Assembly: GCA_021413965.1 (NCBI GenBank)
Contig: JAIOPI010000021.1
Coordinates: 220,671-284,670, forward strand
DNA: 64,000 nucleotides
Reading direction: 5' to 3'
From: Lentisphaerota bacterium
GTDB taxonomy: Bacteria > Verrucomicrobiota > Kiritimatiellia > UBA8416 > JAIOPI01
The notes beneath the pieces were generated by a model, which saw only the letters and a program-made list of their open reading frames with translations, was not told the origin of the DNA and ran no database searches. The translations under genes were made by a program, and so were the position numbers. This document shows, one piece after another, positions 9,407 through 20,076 of this stretch (its first letter is position 1; each line of letters opens with the position of its first letter).

Positions 9407-10129
9407 ATGAATTTTGAATCTCCGCTCGTGTTCGGGACGCTGGTGCGGCGGTACAAGCGGTTTCTGGCGGACGTGGAACTGGCGGACGGCCGGATCCTGA
9501 CGGCCGTATGCCCAAACACGGGCAGCATGCGTTCGTGTGCCACGCCCGGCTGGCGTGTGGGGCTGTCGCATTCCGCGTCGCCCACGCGGAAGTATGCGTA
9601 CACGTGGGAGCTGGTGCACAACGGCGCGTGCTGGATCGGCATCAACACGGGGCGGACGAACGGCCTGGTGTGCGAGGCGATCGAGCAAGGGCTCCTGCCG
9701 GAGCTCGCCGGTTACGCGACGCGGCAACGCGAACAGGCCTACGGCCGGTCAAGCCGCATCGACATCCTGATGTCGGACGGCGCGCGGCGGTGCTACGTGG
9801 AAGTGAAGAACGTGAGCCTGCGCACCGACGATGGCGCGGCGGCGTTTCCGGATGCGGTGACGGCACGAGGGCTGAAGCACCTGGAGGAGCTGGCGCGCAT
9901 GGTGCGGGAGGGGCATCGGGCCGTGATGTGCTACGTCGTGCAGCGTGCGGACTGCACGGGCTTTCGGCTGGCGGCGGAGATCGATGCCGCCTACGCGAAG
10001 GGCTTTGCCAAGGCGCGGCGCGCGGGGGTGGAGGCGGTGGTTTATGCGGCGGACGTGAGTCCCGAAGGGATCGTGCTGGGGCGCCGGATGGAGATGCAGG
10101 GCGGGGCTTCGGAGTCCACCCCCTCCTGA
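9407..10129 (+). CDS. sfsA: Sugar fermentation stimulation protein SfsA
   Basis: MNFESPLVFGTLVRRYKRFLADVELADGRILTAVCPNTGSM is the SfsA N-terminal OB fold; the start is M26 of the ORF. Confidence 0.85.
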   Translation: MNFESPLVFGTLVRRYKRFLADVELADGRILTAVCPNTGSMRSCATPGWRVGLSHSASPTRKYAYTWELVHNGACWIGINTGRTNGLVCEAIEQGLLPELAGYATRQREQAYGRSSRIDILMSDGARRCYVEVKNVSLRTDDGAAAFPDAVTARGLKHLEELARMVREGHRAVMCYVVQRADCTGFRLAAEIDAAYAKGFAKARRAGVEAVVYAADVSPEGIVLGRRMEMQGGASESTPS

Positions 10130-10130
10130 G

Positions 10131-10182
10131 GGCACCCCTCCGGTGGAGGGGATCTGCCGGCAGGGCGGGGCCGGTTCGTGAG
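10131..10182. terminator. GC-rich palindromic bidirectional terminator-like element (REP family 3 half-copy)
   Basis: gggcacccctccggtggaggggatc plus cagggcgggg lies between convergent sfsA (stop 10129) and the SGNH gene (stop 10186). The same motif recurs at 19975-20069. Confidence 0.5.
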
Positions 10183-10185
10183 CGA

Positions 10186-11268
10186 CTAGCGTCCCAGCGC
10201 GCGCCGGAGGACGGGGAGGTGGGCTTCCGCCATGTGGACAAAGCCCATGTCGGTGGGATGCGTGCCATCCACCGTGCAATCGGAATCGCCGCGCAAGATA
10301 TCCGAACCGTGCAGCCGGTAGATGGAGCGGATGCCTCCCGCTTCCAGCTGGCGAATGGCGTCGGTCAGGACCTGGGTGAATTCGCGCTGAAGGTCCTTCA
10401 TCCACTTCACTTCCTCCTCGCGCGAGTAGATGAAGTGGTCAACGAGGATGAGCGGGGTGGCGGGGCGAGCTTCGTAGAGGCGTCGGACAAAGGGCACGAA
10501 GCGTTCCTGTGCGAGGGGGATGTTCATGTTCGGCAGCGTATCGATCACATAGGCGCAGGCGTCAATCTCGCCGAGCAGGTCGGCCAGTTCGGGTTCGGCC
10601 TTGCCGTTGCCGGAGAATCCGAGATTGATGGTGGGGCGGTCGAGGCGCCGGCCGAGGATATTAATATGGCTCATGCCCGGGCGGGACGCACAGCCTCCCT
10701 GTACCACGGATGTTCCGTAGAACACGATCGGCTTGCTGAGGGCCGCCACGCGTGGCGGGGCCTTGGCGAGCATGCATCCCTGGGGGATTCCGAGCCACGC
10801 CTCGGTCAGTTCGTTGTACAGCGGCAAGTACAGCGTGCAGGTGCGTTCGGCGAGCAGCATGGACTGAATCAGGACGTCCTGGTTCTGGGGAAACTCGCGG
10901 GGGCGGGCGCCACCCAGAAACTTCCAGGCTTCTCCCGCGCGCATGTAGAGATCCATCCCGCTTACGCCGGTGGCCGGCATGTGTGGCATGGCCAGGTTGG
11001 GGGACCCGACCTTCCAGCGGATCGAGATGGAGGGCGCGTCCGTGATGAATCGTACGGACAGACCGGCGGCGTGCTTGCTCAGGGACCATACCGCCTCGGG
11101 CACCATGCCTTCGGCGCGCCTGGGCAGGCGGTGAAACGGGCCTTCCGTGTCTGTAAAGCCCTGGCCCTCGATGCCGAGGCTGCGGATGTCGTACCAATGC
11201 AGACCCTTGTCCACATCGGGGACGGCGAAATTGGGATCCAGCTTGTCGATCGTCGGGGTGTTGGACAT
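10186..11268 (-). CDS. SGNH/GDSL hydrolase family protein with an N-terminal accessory domain
   Basis: The real start is MSNTPTIDKLDPNF (M115 of the ORF), with GAGGAG 8 nt upstream. FYGTSVVQGGCASRPGMSH is the SGNH block I (GDS-like), with a DxxH block near the C-terminus. Confidence 0.8.
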   Translation of the reverse strand: MSNTPTIDKLDPNFAVPDVDKGLHWYDIRSLGIEGQGFTDTEGPFHRLPRRAEGMVPEAVWSLSKHAAGLSVRFITDAPSISIRWKVGSPNLAMPHMPATGVSGMDLYMRAGEAWKFLGGARPREFPQNQDVLIQSMLLAERTCTLYLPLYNELTEAWLGIPQGCMLAKAPPRVAALSKPIVFYGTSVVQGGCASRPGMSHINILGRRLDRPTINLGFSGNGKAEPELADLLGEIDACAYVIDTLPNMNIPLAQERFVPFVRRLYEARPATPLILVDHFIYSREEEVKWMKDLQREFTQVLTDAIRQLEAGGIRSIYRLHGSDILRGDSDCTVDGTHPTDMGFVHMAEAHLPVLRRALGR

Positions 11269-11403
11269 GACCGTATCTCCTCGCGCCCGCGCGGCGGTCC
11301 GGGTGGGGCCATCACGGGAGGCGCTCGCGAACCATACCCCCGGCGCGGGGCGGGCACAACGCCGAAAGCGGGCCGCGCGGGCCGCGGCGCATCTGCGAGG
11401 TTG

Positions 11404-11490
11404 CCAGGTGGCCCGCGACCTCCGGGCGCGGGTGTCGCAGGCGAAGCCTTTCTGGCACCGCCCGCGCCCGGAGATCGCGGGCCACCTCGG
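11404..11490. repeat. REP family 1: palindromic pair of the 28-bp motif AGGTGGCCCGCGACCTCCGGGCGCGGG
   Basis: aggtggcccgcgacctccgggcgcgggtg (11404-11434) and its inverted copy caccgcccgcgcccggagatcgcgggccacct (11457-11490) are separated by 23 bp, in the divergent intergenic region between the SGNH gene and clpS. Confidence 0.7.
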
Positions 11491-11596
11491 CGTTGTGAGC
11501 ACCCTTGGCGCTGCGCCCGGCCGGCCGGTGGCGCGCTTGGTCCGCCAGATCCGCGGGGCTTGCCTCGCCAGGCCAATCCGGGAATAATGCTTGCCC

Positions 11597-11923
11597 ATGC
11601 CATTTTCCACCGATCGCGGATCTGTGTCGGTTTGCAGCGCCCCCGCGTGTATTCATGCGCCGGAGACGCGCACCACCACGCGCATCCAGTTGCAGGACAT
11701 GTACCAGGTGGTGCTGCACAACGACGACCACAACAGCATGGAATTTGTCGTGCTCTGCCTGATGCGCGTCTTCGGGCACACGGCGGATCTGGCGGCGAAG
11801 ATCATGCTCGAAGCGCACGACCGGGGGCGCGCGATTGCCGAGGTGGAGGCGGAGGCGGAAGCGAAGGTGCACCGCGACCAACTGCAATCCTTCGGCCTCA
11901 GCGCCACGGTGGAGAAGGTATGA
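11597..11923 (+). CDS. clpS: ATP-dependent Clp protease adaptor ClpS
   Basis: YQVVLHNDDHNSMEFVVLCLMRVFGHTADLAAKIMLEAHDRGRAIAEV is the ClpS core. I placed the start at the first ATG in frame; a TTG at 11591 is also possible. Confidence 0.8.
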   Translation: MPFSTDRGSVSVCSAPACIHAPETRTTTRIQLQDMYQVVLHNDDHNSMEFVVLCLMRVFGHTADLAAKIMLEAHDRGRAIAEVEAEAEAKVHRDQLQSFGLSATVEKV

Positions 11924-11966
11924 CCGGGGCGCGAGGGCGCGTGCGGCTGACCAGGATGGCGCGAGC

Positions 11967-12617
11967 ATGAAGGTGTACCGTCTGAATCGGGATGTCGCGT
12001 TTCCGCCCGTCACCGAGGCGGAGCCGGATGGGTTGCTGGCGGTGGGGGGGGATCTGAGCCCGGCCCGCCTGTTGCTGGCCTACCGCAGCGGCATCTTCCC
12101 CTGGTACGAGGCGGGCGTGCCGATCTTCTGGTGGTCGCCTGATCCGCGCTATGTGCTTTTTCCTCACGACCTCAAGGTGAGTTCCAGCCTTGGGCGCGTG
12201 GTGCGCAACGGGCCGTTCACGGTTACCTTCGATCGGGACTTCGCGGCCGTGATGAGCCACTGCGGGCGCGTGCCGCGCAAGGATCAGGAGGGCACCTGGA
12301 TCACGCCCGAGATGGAGGCGGCCTACGGGGAACTGCATCGGCTGGGGCATGCCCATTCCGTGGAGGTATGGCACGACGAGCGGCTGGTGGGGGGGCTCTA
12401 TGGCGTGGAGCTGGGGCGCGTCTATTTCGGCGAGTCGATGTTCATGCTCGAGCCGAATGCCAGCAAGGTGGGATTTGTGCGGCTGGTCGAGGCGCTGGTG
12501 GCGCGCGGCTGCACGCTGATCGACTGCCAGGTGCACACGGCGCACCTCGAGCGATTCGGGGCGTGCTACCTGCCGCGTGCGGAATTCTTGAAGCGACTGG
12601 CGGCGGGGCTGGGGTGA
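11967..12617 (+). CDS. aat: Leucyl/phenylalanyl-tRNA--protein transferase
   Basis: The start is MKVYRLNRDVAFPPV; GIFPWYEAGVPIFWWSPDPR and GESMF are Aat hallmarks. The clpS-aat pairing is the conserved N-end-rule pair. Confidence 0.9.
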   Translation: MKVYRLNRDVAFPPVTEAEPDGLLAVGGDLSPARLLLAYRSGIFPWYEAGVPIFWWSPDPRYVLFPHDLKVSSSLGRVVRNGPFTVTFDRDFAAVMSHCGRVPRKDQEGTWITPEMEAAYGELHRLGHAHSVEVWHDERLVGGLYGVELGRVYFGESMFMLEPNASKVGFVRLVEALVARGCTLIDCQVHTAHLERFGACYLPRAEFLKRLAAGLG

Positions 12618-12648
12618 GCGGAGGCGCGGCCGGGAGGGGGGTGGATTG

Positions 12649-12671
12649 GCCGGCGGGGACCGCCGGCTCCA
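12649..12671. terminator. GC-rich hairpin downstream of aat
   Basis: ggccggcggggaccgccggctcc forms an 8-bp perfect stem between convergent aat and the abhydrolase gene. There is no U-tract. Confidence 0.35.
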
Positions 12672-12797
12672 GGGGGGCGAGCATGGCGCGCACGTAAGGG
12701 CAACTTCTGAACGACAGGCGACTACGTGTGGACGACTACGCGTAAGCGACTAAGAGCCTAAACGTGAAACGATGGCCCAAGCGCCGTTCGGGTTTCA

Positions 12798-13679
12798 CTA
12801 CGGGTTGCCTGTTGAGGTGAAATCCCGGATGGCGCTGAAGTATTCGCGCGCCCCGACGTAGAGCAGGTCGTTGTGACCGGCACCGGGAACGGTGACCAGG
12901 CGCTTGGTGGCGGCGCCGGAATGGTGGTGCAACGCGCGCGCGTCCTTGACCGGGATGATCCAGTCATCCTCGCCGTGCAGGATAAGCGTGGGACGGCGAA
13001 TGGCCTCGATCTTGGTCAGATGACCGAGTCCCTGGCGGCCGTCGTCCGGCATCGCGAACGCGGGGCCGCCCAGCCGGGTGATCAATTCCATTTCGTAGGC
13101 GAAGCCGCTCTCGAGGATGAGTCCGGCGATGGCGGGTCCCGCATGCACGCCGATTTCAAGCGCTGAGGCACTGCCCAGCGAGCGGCCCATGACGTACGTG
13201 CGGGACGGTTGCATCCCGCGGTCGACCAGCAGATTGGGTAGCGCATCCCACACCATGCGGGCGTCCGATACCAGGTTGCTCAGCGTGGGGGTGCCGCCGC
13301 TGCGGCCGTAACCGCGGTAATCGACCACGAGAAAGCTCAGGCCGAGGCGATTGTACATGGGCGCGATATCGTCGTAGTCGGCGGCGATCTCGCCGTTGCC
13401 ATGAAAGAAGAGAACCAGCGGGGCGCGGACATCGGCGGCCGGGTGGAGGCGTCCGCCAAGGGTGACGCCATCGCCCACCGGCAGTCGGATGTCGTGCTGC
13501 GGATCGGGGGCGGACTCATCGGGCCGCGGATGAAAGACGATCTGCAGGATCGCGGGGTGGTCGATCGGGTTGATCTTTGGCGCAGGCATGAGCGGCGCTT
13601 CCTTTCGTGCACATGATAATACCGTGAGCACGGCCAGCACAAGCGACAGTGCGGGCAGCGCGTGGGAGTCGTCAGGCAT
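12798..13679 (-). CDS. Alpha/beta hydrolase (probable secreted or lipoprotein)
   Basis: Catalytic GRSLG nucleophile elbow, HGEDDWIIP and VPGAGHND. The start at 13679 (MPDDSHALPALSLVLAVLTVLSCARK, a signal/lipobox-like peptide, GAGG 7 nt upstream) is preferred; the alternative is 13589 (MPAPKINPID, AAGGAA upstream). The rest of the 914-aa track ORF is shadow. Confidence 0.75.
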   Translation of the reverse strand: MPDDSHALPALSLVLAVLTVLSCARKEAPLMPAPKINPIDHPAILQIVFHPRPDESAPDPQHDIRLPVGDGVTLGGRLHPAADVRAPLVLFFHGNGEIAADYDDIAPMYNRLGLSFLVVDYRGYGRSGGTPTLSNLVSDARMVWDALPNLLVDRGMQPSRTYVMGRSLGSASALEIGVHAGPAIAGLILESGFAYEMELITRLGGPAFAMPDDGRQGLGHLTKIEAIRRPTLILHGEDDWIIPVKDARALHHHSGAATKRLVTVPGAGHNDLLYVGAREYFSAIRDFTSTGNP

Positions 13680-13707
13680 GCGTCTACCTCGCGTTCTTAA
13701 CCGGATG

Positions 13708-13777
13708 CGCCGCCCGGAGGTCGGCACCCACCTTCGGCGAGCGGCGCAAGGTGGCCCGCGATCTCCGGGCGCGGGTG
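13708..13777. repeat. REP family 1 palindromic pair
   Basis: gccgcccggaggtcggcacccaccttcggcg (an inverted variant) and aaggtggcccgcgatctccgggcgcgggtg (13748-13777), 8 bp apart. Confidence 0.65.
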
Positions 13778-13915
13778 CCTTGTGACAGCCGTGGTGCGGT
13801 GCGCTCGGACGTGACGGCCACGGCCCGGGCGAGGTGCGCCGGGGCAAGGCCGGACAACAGGAACGACTGGGGCCAGGGCGCGCGGCGGCGGCTGGCGAGG
13901 CGTGTGCGGGGTCGA

Positions 13916-15085
13916 TCAGGACGGCTGATGCGCATGGGGGGTATTCCTTTCGGGTTGTTGACCTTCGAGCCAGTTTCGGACGGCCTCGCCCACGACCGCG
14001 CACTCGAGGCCGAAGGGGAGGTAGCCGGCGAAGCCGAGGAGCGGCATCTCGAAGAGCTGAAAGCGATGCACGAAGGGGACGGCGTAAATCCATTTGGCGG
14101 CACTCTGGAGGTTCCACATCTCCCAGAAGAAGCCGCAGATGAGCGCGGCGGCGGCGAGGCGGTAAAGGTGCTGCCAGTGGCCCTGCGCGATGGGGGCGAA
14201 GAGCGTGGGGCGCCCGCGCCAGGCCTGGGAGGCGGTGATCAAGATCAGCGGGGCGATCCACAGGAGCGGGAAGAGATAGTCCGGCCAGAGCCCGATGCCG
14301 GTGAGGCCGGCGACGGCGACGAGCAACCAGGCGGCGGCCCAGCGGCGCGGGTGGCGCAGGGCGAGGGGGCGGAAGCGGTCGAGTCCCGCGCCGACGCGCG
14401 GGCAGGAGTCGAGGAGGTCGGCGGTGCCGAGCACGGCGGGCAGCACGGTGGAAAAGGGGAGCGTGGCGAAGAGGGCATACTGCACCGGCGTGAGATGCTC
14501 GCAGCCGACGTAGTACCAGTTCTGCACGAAGCGGTTGAGGTACTCGAAGAACCACCAGAACGCGGCGCTGGCGGGGAAGAGCGCGAGAAGGTAACGCGGG
14601 CGGTTGAGCAACATGCAGCGGCCGGTGCGGCGCCAGGTCCAGGCGTTGACCATCAGGATGTAACCGAACCAGAGGGGGCTGAAGGTGAACGGTTGATGAG
14701 GTGCGAACCACGGAAAGCGGGTCCAGGCAAAAGCCCAGGCGATGAGCGTGAGCGCAAGGCCGGCATGGCCCCACCAGGGGAAGGGGGAGGGCAGGTGATC
14801 GGTGGCTGGTAATCTGTGGTCGCGGGGGGGAGCGGAGGGGAGGCGGCGGCGGTGACGCCAGGCATGGAGGTCGAAGGGCAGGACAACCGCGAGGATGCCG
14901 AGCGCGAGCGCGATGAAGGCGGGCCAGGCGAACGGCGCGTGGGTGACGTAGTGCGTCAGCGGCGGGAATTCGAGATAGCGCGCGACGGGGCGGCCAGCCA
15001 GCGACACGCCGAGGAGGGGGAGGCCGAGCAGCAGCGCGGCCAGCAGGGCGAACGCGGCGAGTTGGCGGGGTGCGGCGGTCTTCAT
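13916..15085 (-). CDS. Polytopic integral membrane protein, W/F-rich, function unknown
   Basis: About 10 predicted TM helices (LAAFALLAALLLGLPLLGV, FAWPAFIALALGILAVVLPF, WFFEYLNRFVQNWYYVG, FWEMWNLQSAAKWIYAVPF); GC3 is high. It sits in an operon with the ArsR-like regulator. Confidence 0.7.
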   Translation of the reverse strand: MKTAAPRQLAAFALLAALLLGLPLLGVSLAGRPVARYLEFPPLTHYVTHAPFAWPAFIALALGILAVVLPFDLHAWRHRRRLPSAPPRDHRLPATDHLPSPFPWWGHAGLALTLIAWAFAWTRFPWFAPHQPFTFSPLWFGYILMVNAWTWRRTGRCMLLNRPRYLLALFPASAAFWWFFEYLNRFVQNWYYVGCEHLTPVQYALFATLPFSTVLPAVLGTADLLDSCPRVGAGLDRFRPLALRHPRRWAAAWLLVAVAGLTGIGLWPDYLFPLLWIAPLILITASQAWRGRPTLFAPIAQGHWQHLYRLAAAALICGFFWEMWNLQSAAKWIYAVPFVHRFQLFEMPLLGFAGYLPFGLECAVVGEAVRNWLEGQQPERNTPHAHQPS

Positions 15086-15100
15086 GGTGTGTGGTTGGGT

Positions 15101-15475
15101 TCAGGCGGGGGCGACGCGGCCCAGCAGGGGCGCGCGCGCACGGCTCTCGGCCGGCAGGGCCTGTTGTGCGGCGAGGAGCACCTGCTCCAGCGCGGCGAGA
15201 TAGTCCTGAAAGCGCTTCAGCCCGGTCTTGGACAGATGAATGGTGGTGCAGGGCTTGCCGTCGACGAACTGCTTGGCGACGCGAATCACGCGCGCCTCTT
15301 CCAGTACCTTGAGGTGGCGGTTGAGGTTGCCGTCGGTGAGGCGGCAGGCATCGCGCAGGTCCTTGAACCGCATGCCCCCGGGTTGGCCGCAGACGGCGGA
15401 GAGGATCGCCAGTCGGTTCGGTTCGTGGAAGATGCGTTCGAGCGGTTCGGCATCGATGGGGGCGGCGGGGCTCAT
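15101..15475 (-). CDS. ArsR-family winged-helix transcriptional regulator
   Basis: NRLAILSAVCGQPGGMRFKDLRDACRLTDGNLNRHLKVLEEARVIRV is the ArsR HTH signature. Its ATGA overlaps the stop of the upstream membrane gene. Confidence 0.75.
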   Translation of the reverse strand: MSPAAPIDAEPLERIFHEPNRLAILSAVCGQPGGMRFKDLRDACRLTDGNLNRHLKVLEEARVIRVAKQFVDGKPCTTIHLSKTGLKRFQDYLAALEQVLLAAQQALPAESRARAPLLGRVAPA

Positions 15476-16089
15476 GGCGCGAGGTCTCCCGGGGTGGAGC
15501 GGCGTTGGTCGTCAATGAGTACGAGTCCGCTGGCGAACTCACCGGCGCAGAACGCGAACGCCATGGGCCAGGGTTCGGTGAAGGCGATGCCGGGCGTCAA
15601 CAGGAAGTAGGTGCCACAGCCGAGGTAGAGGAAGCCGAGCCGGTAGATGCCGCCGGGTAGCGAGCGCCGGTAGGCGACCTGGGCCAATCCGTAGAGGGTC
15701 AGCCAGGTGCCGAAGAGCAGGTCGTATTCGCCGTGCAGAACCAGGGCCAGGGATAGGACGCCGCCGATGGCGAGGGGCGGCACGGCGTCGAGGGCAGGCT
15801 TCAGCATCAGCGGATTGCGTCGGACGTCCGGGGCGAACAGGAACCAGTAGAGCAGTGCGCCATAGTTGATGAGCACGCCGAGGGCGAGGACGATGAGCCA
15901 GCCGGTGAGGTGGGCCGCGGGCGTGGCGGGAACGGCGGGCAGGTTGAGAATGGCGGCGCCGGCCAATGCGAGGAGGCCGGAGATGACCCGCGCCTTGCCC
16001 GAGTAGCCCTTGAACTGATTGCGTTCGAGCACGAAGGCCTGCAGGGTGCGGACCTGCGCCAACGCGTCATGAATGTGATTGGCCAGCAT
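15472..16089 (-). CDS. Membrane protein (about 6 TM), function unknown
   Basis: The real start is MLANHIHDALAQV (set by residue index); hydrophobic helices fill the remaining 200 aa. The N-terminal 300 aa of the track ORF is R/H/Q-rich shadow antisense to the + strand genes. Confidence 0.65.
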   Translation of the reverse strand: MLANHIHDALAQVRTLQAFVLERNQFKGYSGKARVISGLLALAGAAILNLPAVPATPAAHLTGWLIVLALGVLINYGALLYWFLFAPDVRRNPLMLKPALDAVPPLAIGGVLSLALVLHGEYDLLFGTWLTLYGLAQVAYRRSLPGGIYRLGFLYLGCGTYFLLTPGIAFTEPWPMAFAFCAGEFASGLVLIDDQRRSTPGDLAP

Positions 16090-16233
16090 GGTGTTCGTCC
16101 TTTCGGCGGTCACACTACCAAACTGGCAAAGTACTTTGCAATACAAAGTTAATGGTATCCGATGGGGCGGCGCGGGTGCGCGGTGCACAGCTTTCCTTGC
16201 TGCGCGGCGACAATTGCCGGATGATGTCAGGGC

Positions 16234-16572
16234 ATGCATGCGCTCCTGCCCATCCTGTTGAGCATCCTTGGCATCGCCGTGGTGCTGATCCTGCCGCTGA
16301 AGCTGGCGGGCGCGGCGGTGGGGGCGCGGCGCACCGGTGCCGGCTGGTGCTTCCTGGCGCTGATGGCGGCATCGGTCGCGCACACGATCGGGCTGTCGTT
16401 TCCCTGGTTCGGTTCGCTGATCGCCTTCCTGCTGGCGGCGGCCATGTTTGCCGCCATTCTGGATACGACGTTCATGCGCGGCATCGCCGTGGCGGTGCTG
16501 CACGCCATCTTTTCGGTTGTGCTGGTGTTGGTGCTCGTGGCGGTTTTCGGATTGAGTCTGTCGGCGCTGTGA
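16234..16572 (+). CDS. Small membrane protein (3 TM), hypothetical
   Basis: MHALLPILLSILGIAVVLILPL...; GC3 is about 90%. It lies co-directionally 33 bp upstream of the next gene. Confidence 0.45.
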   Translation: MHALLPILLSILGIAVVLILPLKLAGAAVGARRTGAGWCFLALMAASVAHTIGLSFPWFGSLIAFLLAAAMFAAILDTTFMRGIAVAVLHAIFSVVLVLVLVAVFGLSLSAL

Positions 16573-16605
16573 GCAAATCGTGGGATGCAGACAAGGAGGA
16601 CGACC

Positions 16606-17142
16606 ATGCGGCGTTTCACACGGATCGTGGCGTTGGCGGCGGTATTGGCGCTGCCGGCATTGGCGCAGGAGACGGCGGAGAAGCAGGGCGACGATTTTGC
16701 GGCCTGGCAGCAGGCGGCCGAGAAGCGCTATGCCGTGCTGGGCCTTGAAGAGGCGGAGAGCAAGGCGTATTTCCAGAATCAGATGCGCAAGCTGAATTTC
16801 GAGAAGGCGCAGGCGCAGGCCAAGGAGGACGCGCTGTACCGCGAGAAGAAGCATGCCGTGGAGTTGCGTGAGCGGGAGGCGGCGATGGCGAAGGTGATGG
16901 CGCCCGCGGCGGCGACCGGACCGGCCTGCCGGACCTGTCCGGACAAGGGCGGCTGCGCGCTGCTCCTGCTCGCGTGCGCGATCACGCACCTGTTGCTGGC
17001 GATCTGGGTTTACCAGGACGTCCGCCGGCGCAACGTGGGCTCGGGCATCTGGATTGTGGTCACGCTGATCACCGGGTTGCTGGGCGCCTTCGTGTACGCG
17101 CTGGTGCGCATTGGCGACAGCCGGACGCCGGCTGGCGCCTGA
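16606..17142 (+). CDS. Secreted/membrane protein with a C-terminal PLDc_N-like TM domain
   Basis: AGGAGG lies 6 nt upstream of ATG MRRFTRIVALAAVLALPALAQE (signal peptide); a coiled region follows; the C-terminus WVYQDVRRRNVGSGIWIVVTLITGLLGAFVYALVRI resembles PLDc_N. Confidence 0.55.
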   Translation: MRRFTRIVALAAVLALPALAQETAEKQGDDFAAWQQAAEKRYAVLGLEEAESKAYFQNQMRKLNFEKAQAQAKEDALYREKKHAVELREREAAMAKVMAPAAATGPACRTCPDKGGCALLLLACAITHLLLAIWVYQDVRRRNVGSGIWIVVTLITGLLGAFVYALVRIGDSRTPAGA

Positions 17143-17154
17143 GCCGTCCGCGGC

Positions 17155-17778
17155 TCAGGTCCCGAAAAAGCGGTCGCCGAAGTCGCCGAGGCCGGGGACG
17201 ATGAACTTCTGATGGTTCAGTTCGGCGTCGATGGCGGCGGTGACGATGGTGGCGTCGGGGTAGCGTTGCTGGATGCGCGCGATGCCTTCGCGGGCGGCGA
17301 CGATGCAGACGAGCGTCAGGGCGCGGCACCCTTTGCGCTGGAGAATCGTCACGGTATCGTCCAGCGACCCGCCGGTGGCCAGCATGGGGTCGAGCACGAG
17401 GACGTGGTGGGCGGGCGAGATGGGCGGCAGCTTCTGGTAGTACTCGTGGGCGATGGCGGTCTTCTCGTCGCGCTCGAGCCCCACGAAGCCGACGGGGACG
17501 CTGGGGAGCATGTCCTGCACGGCGACGAGCATGGCGAGTCCGGCGCGCAGGACCGGCACCACGACGACGTTGTGGTCCAGTTCCCAGCCGCTGTAGGGGG
17601 CGAGGGGGGTCTCGACCAGCCGTGGCGCCACCGCCAGCTGGCGCGTGGCCTCCACCAGCAGGATCTGCGAGACGATGGCGGCATGCTGCCGGAATTCCAC
17701 GGTGCGGGTATGCTTGTCACGCAGAATGGTGAGGGCGTGTTCCAGCAGCGGATGCTTGACCTGAACCAGCTTGCTCAT
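17155..17778 (-). CDS. upp: Uracil phosphoribosyltransferase
   Basis: MSKLVQVKHPLLEHALTILRDK ... VPVLRAGLAML ... LDPMLATGGS (PRPP-binding) ... IVPGLGDFGDRFFGT. Confidence 0.9.
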   Translation of the reverse strand: MSKLVQVKHPLLEHALTILRDKHTRTVEFRQHAAIVSQILLVEATRQLAVAPRLVETPLAPYSGWELDHNVVVVPVLRAGLAMLVAVQDMLPSVPVGFVGLERDEKTAIAHEYYQKLPPISPAHHVLVLDPMLATGGSLDDTVTILQRKGCRALTLVCIVAAREGIARIQQRYPDATIVTAAIDAELNHQKFIVPGLGDFGDRFFGT

Positions 17779-18045
17779 GCGCACCGCGAGCTATAGCGCA
17801 ACTCTCCAGCGGATGCAATGCTGCCGCGTCAGGCGCGGCTGAGCACGAACACGCTGAACGCCCGGCCCTGAAGGTCTGGTGGGGCAGGGGGGGGCCGGGA
17901 TGCGTGTCCCGCCGCGGCGGTACCGGATGCGGCTCATACAGGCGTATCGTCGTAAGTTGAACTCAATGAGCGGGTTACGAATTGTTGTTGAGAATTGGGT
18001 GGTTGTCGTCTATTTGCTGGGTAGGCATAGAGTCGCGCTGAAAAC

Positions 18046-19944
<1,899 letters not shown>

Positions 19945-19956
19945 CCGACGCCGCGC

Positions 19957-20069
19957 GGACACCCACCCCGCCCTCACGGGCACCCTTCCGGCGGAAGGGA
20001 TCAGCCTGAAAACAGGAAGCCGTCAATCCCCTCCCGGGGAGGGGTGCCCGTCAGGGCGGGGTGGGTGTT
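19957..20069. repeat. Compound palindromic element (REP family 3), bidirectional terminator-like
   Basis: The 31-bp outer inverted repeat acacccaccccgccctcacgggcacccttcc / ggaggggtgcccgtcagggcggggtgggtgt encloses two inner hairpins (cccttccggcggaaggg; cccctcccggggagggg). It sits between convergent recQ and the ABC permease. Confidence 0.65.
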
Positions 20070-20076
20070 TCAAACG

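Noticed and set aside
9508-11970. 820-aa plus-strand ORF
   Set aside because: A GC-rich open frame running antisense through the SGNH gene and across the REP pair, with G/R/A-rich composition and no domains.
12798-15542. 914-aa minus-strand ORF
   Set aside because: Only the C-terminal 264-294 aa (alpha/beta hydrolase) is coding. The upstream 620 aa is a Pro/Arg-rich shadow overlapping the real 13916..15085 and 15101..15475 genes in another frame.
15472-16989. N-terminal 300 aa of the 505-aa minus-strand ORF
   Set aside because: R/H/Q-rich and antisense to the two plus-strand small membrane genes; the real gene starts at MLANHIHD (16089).
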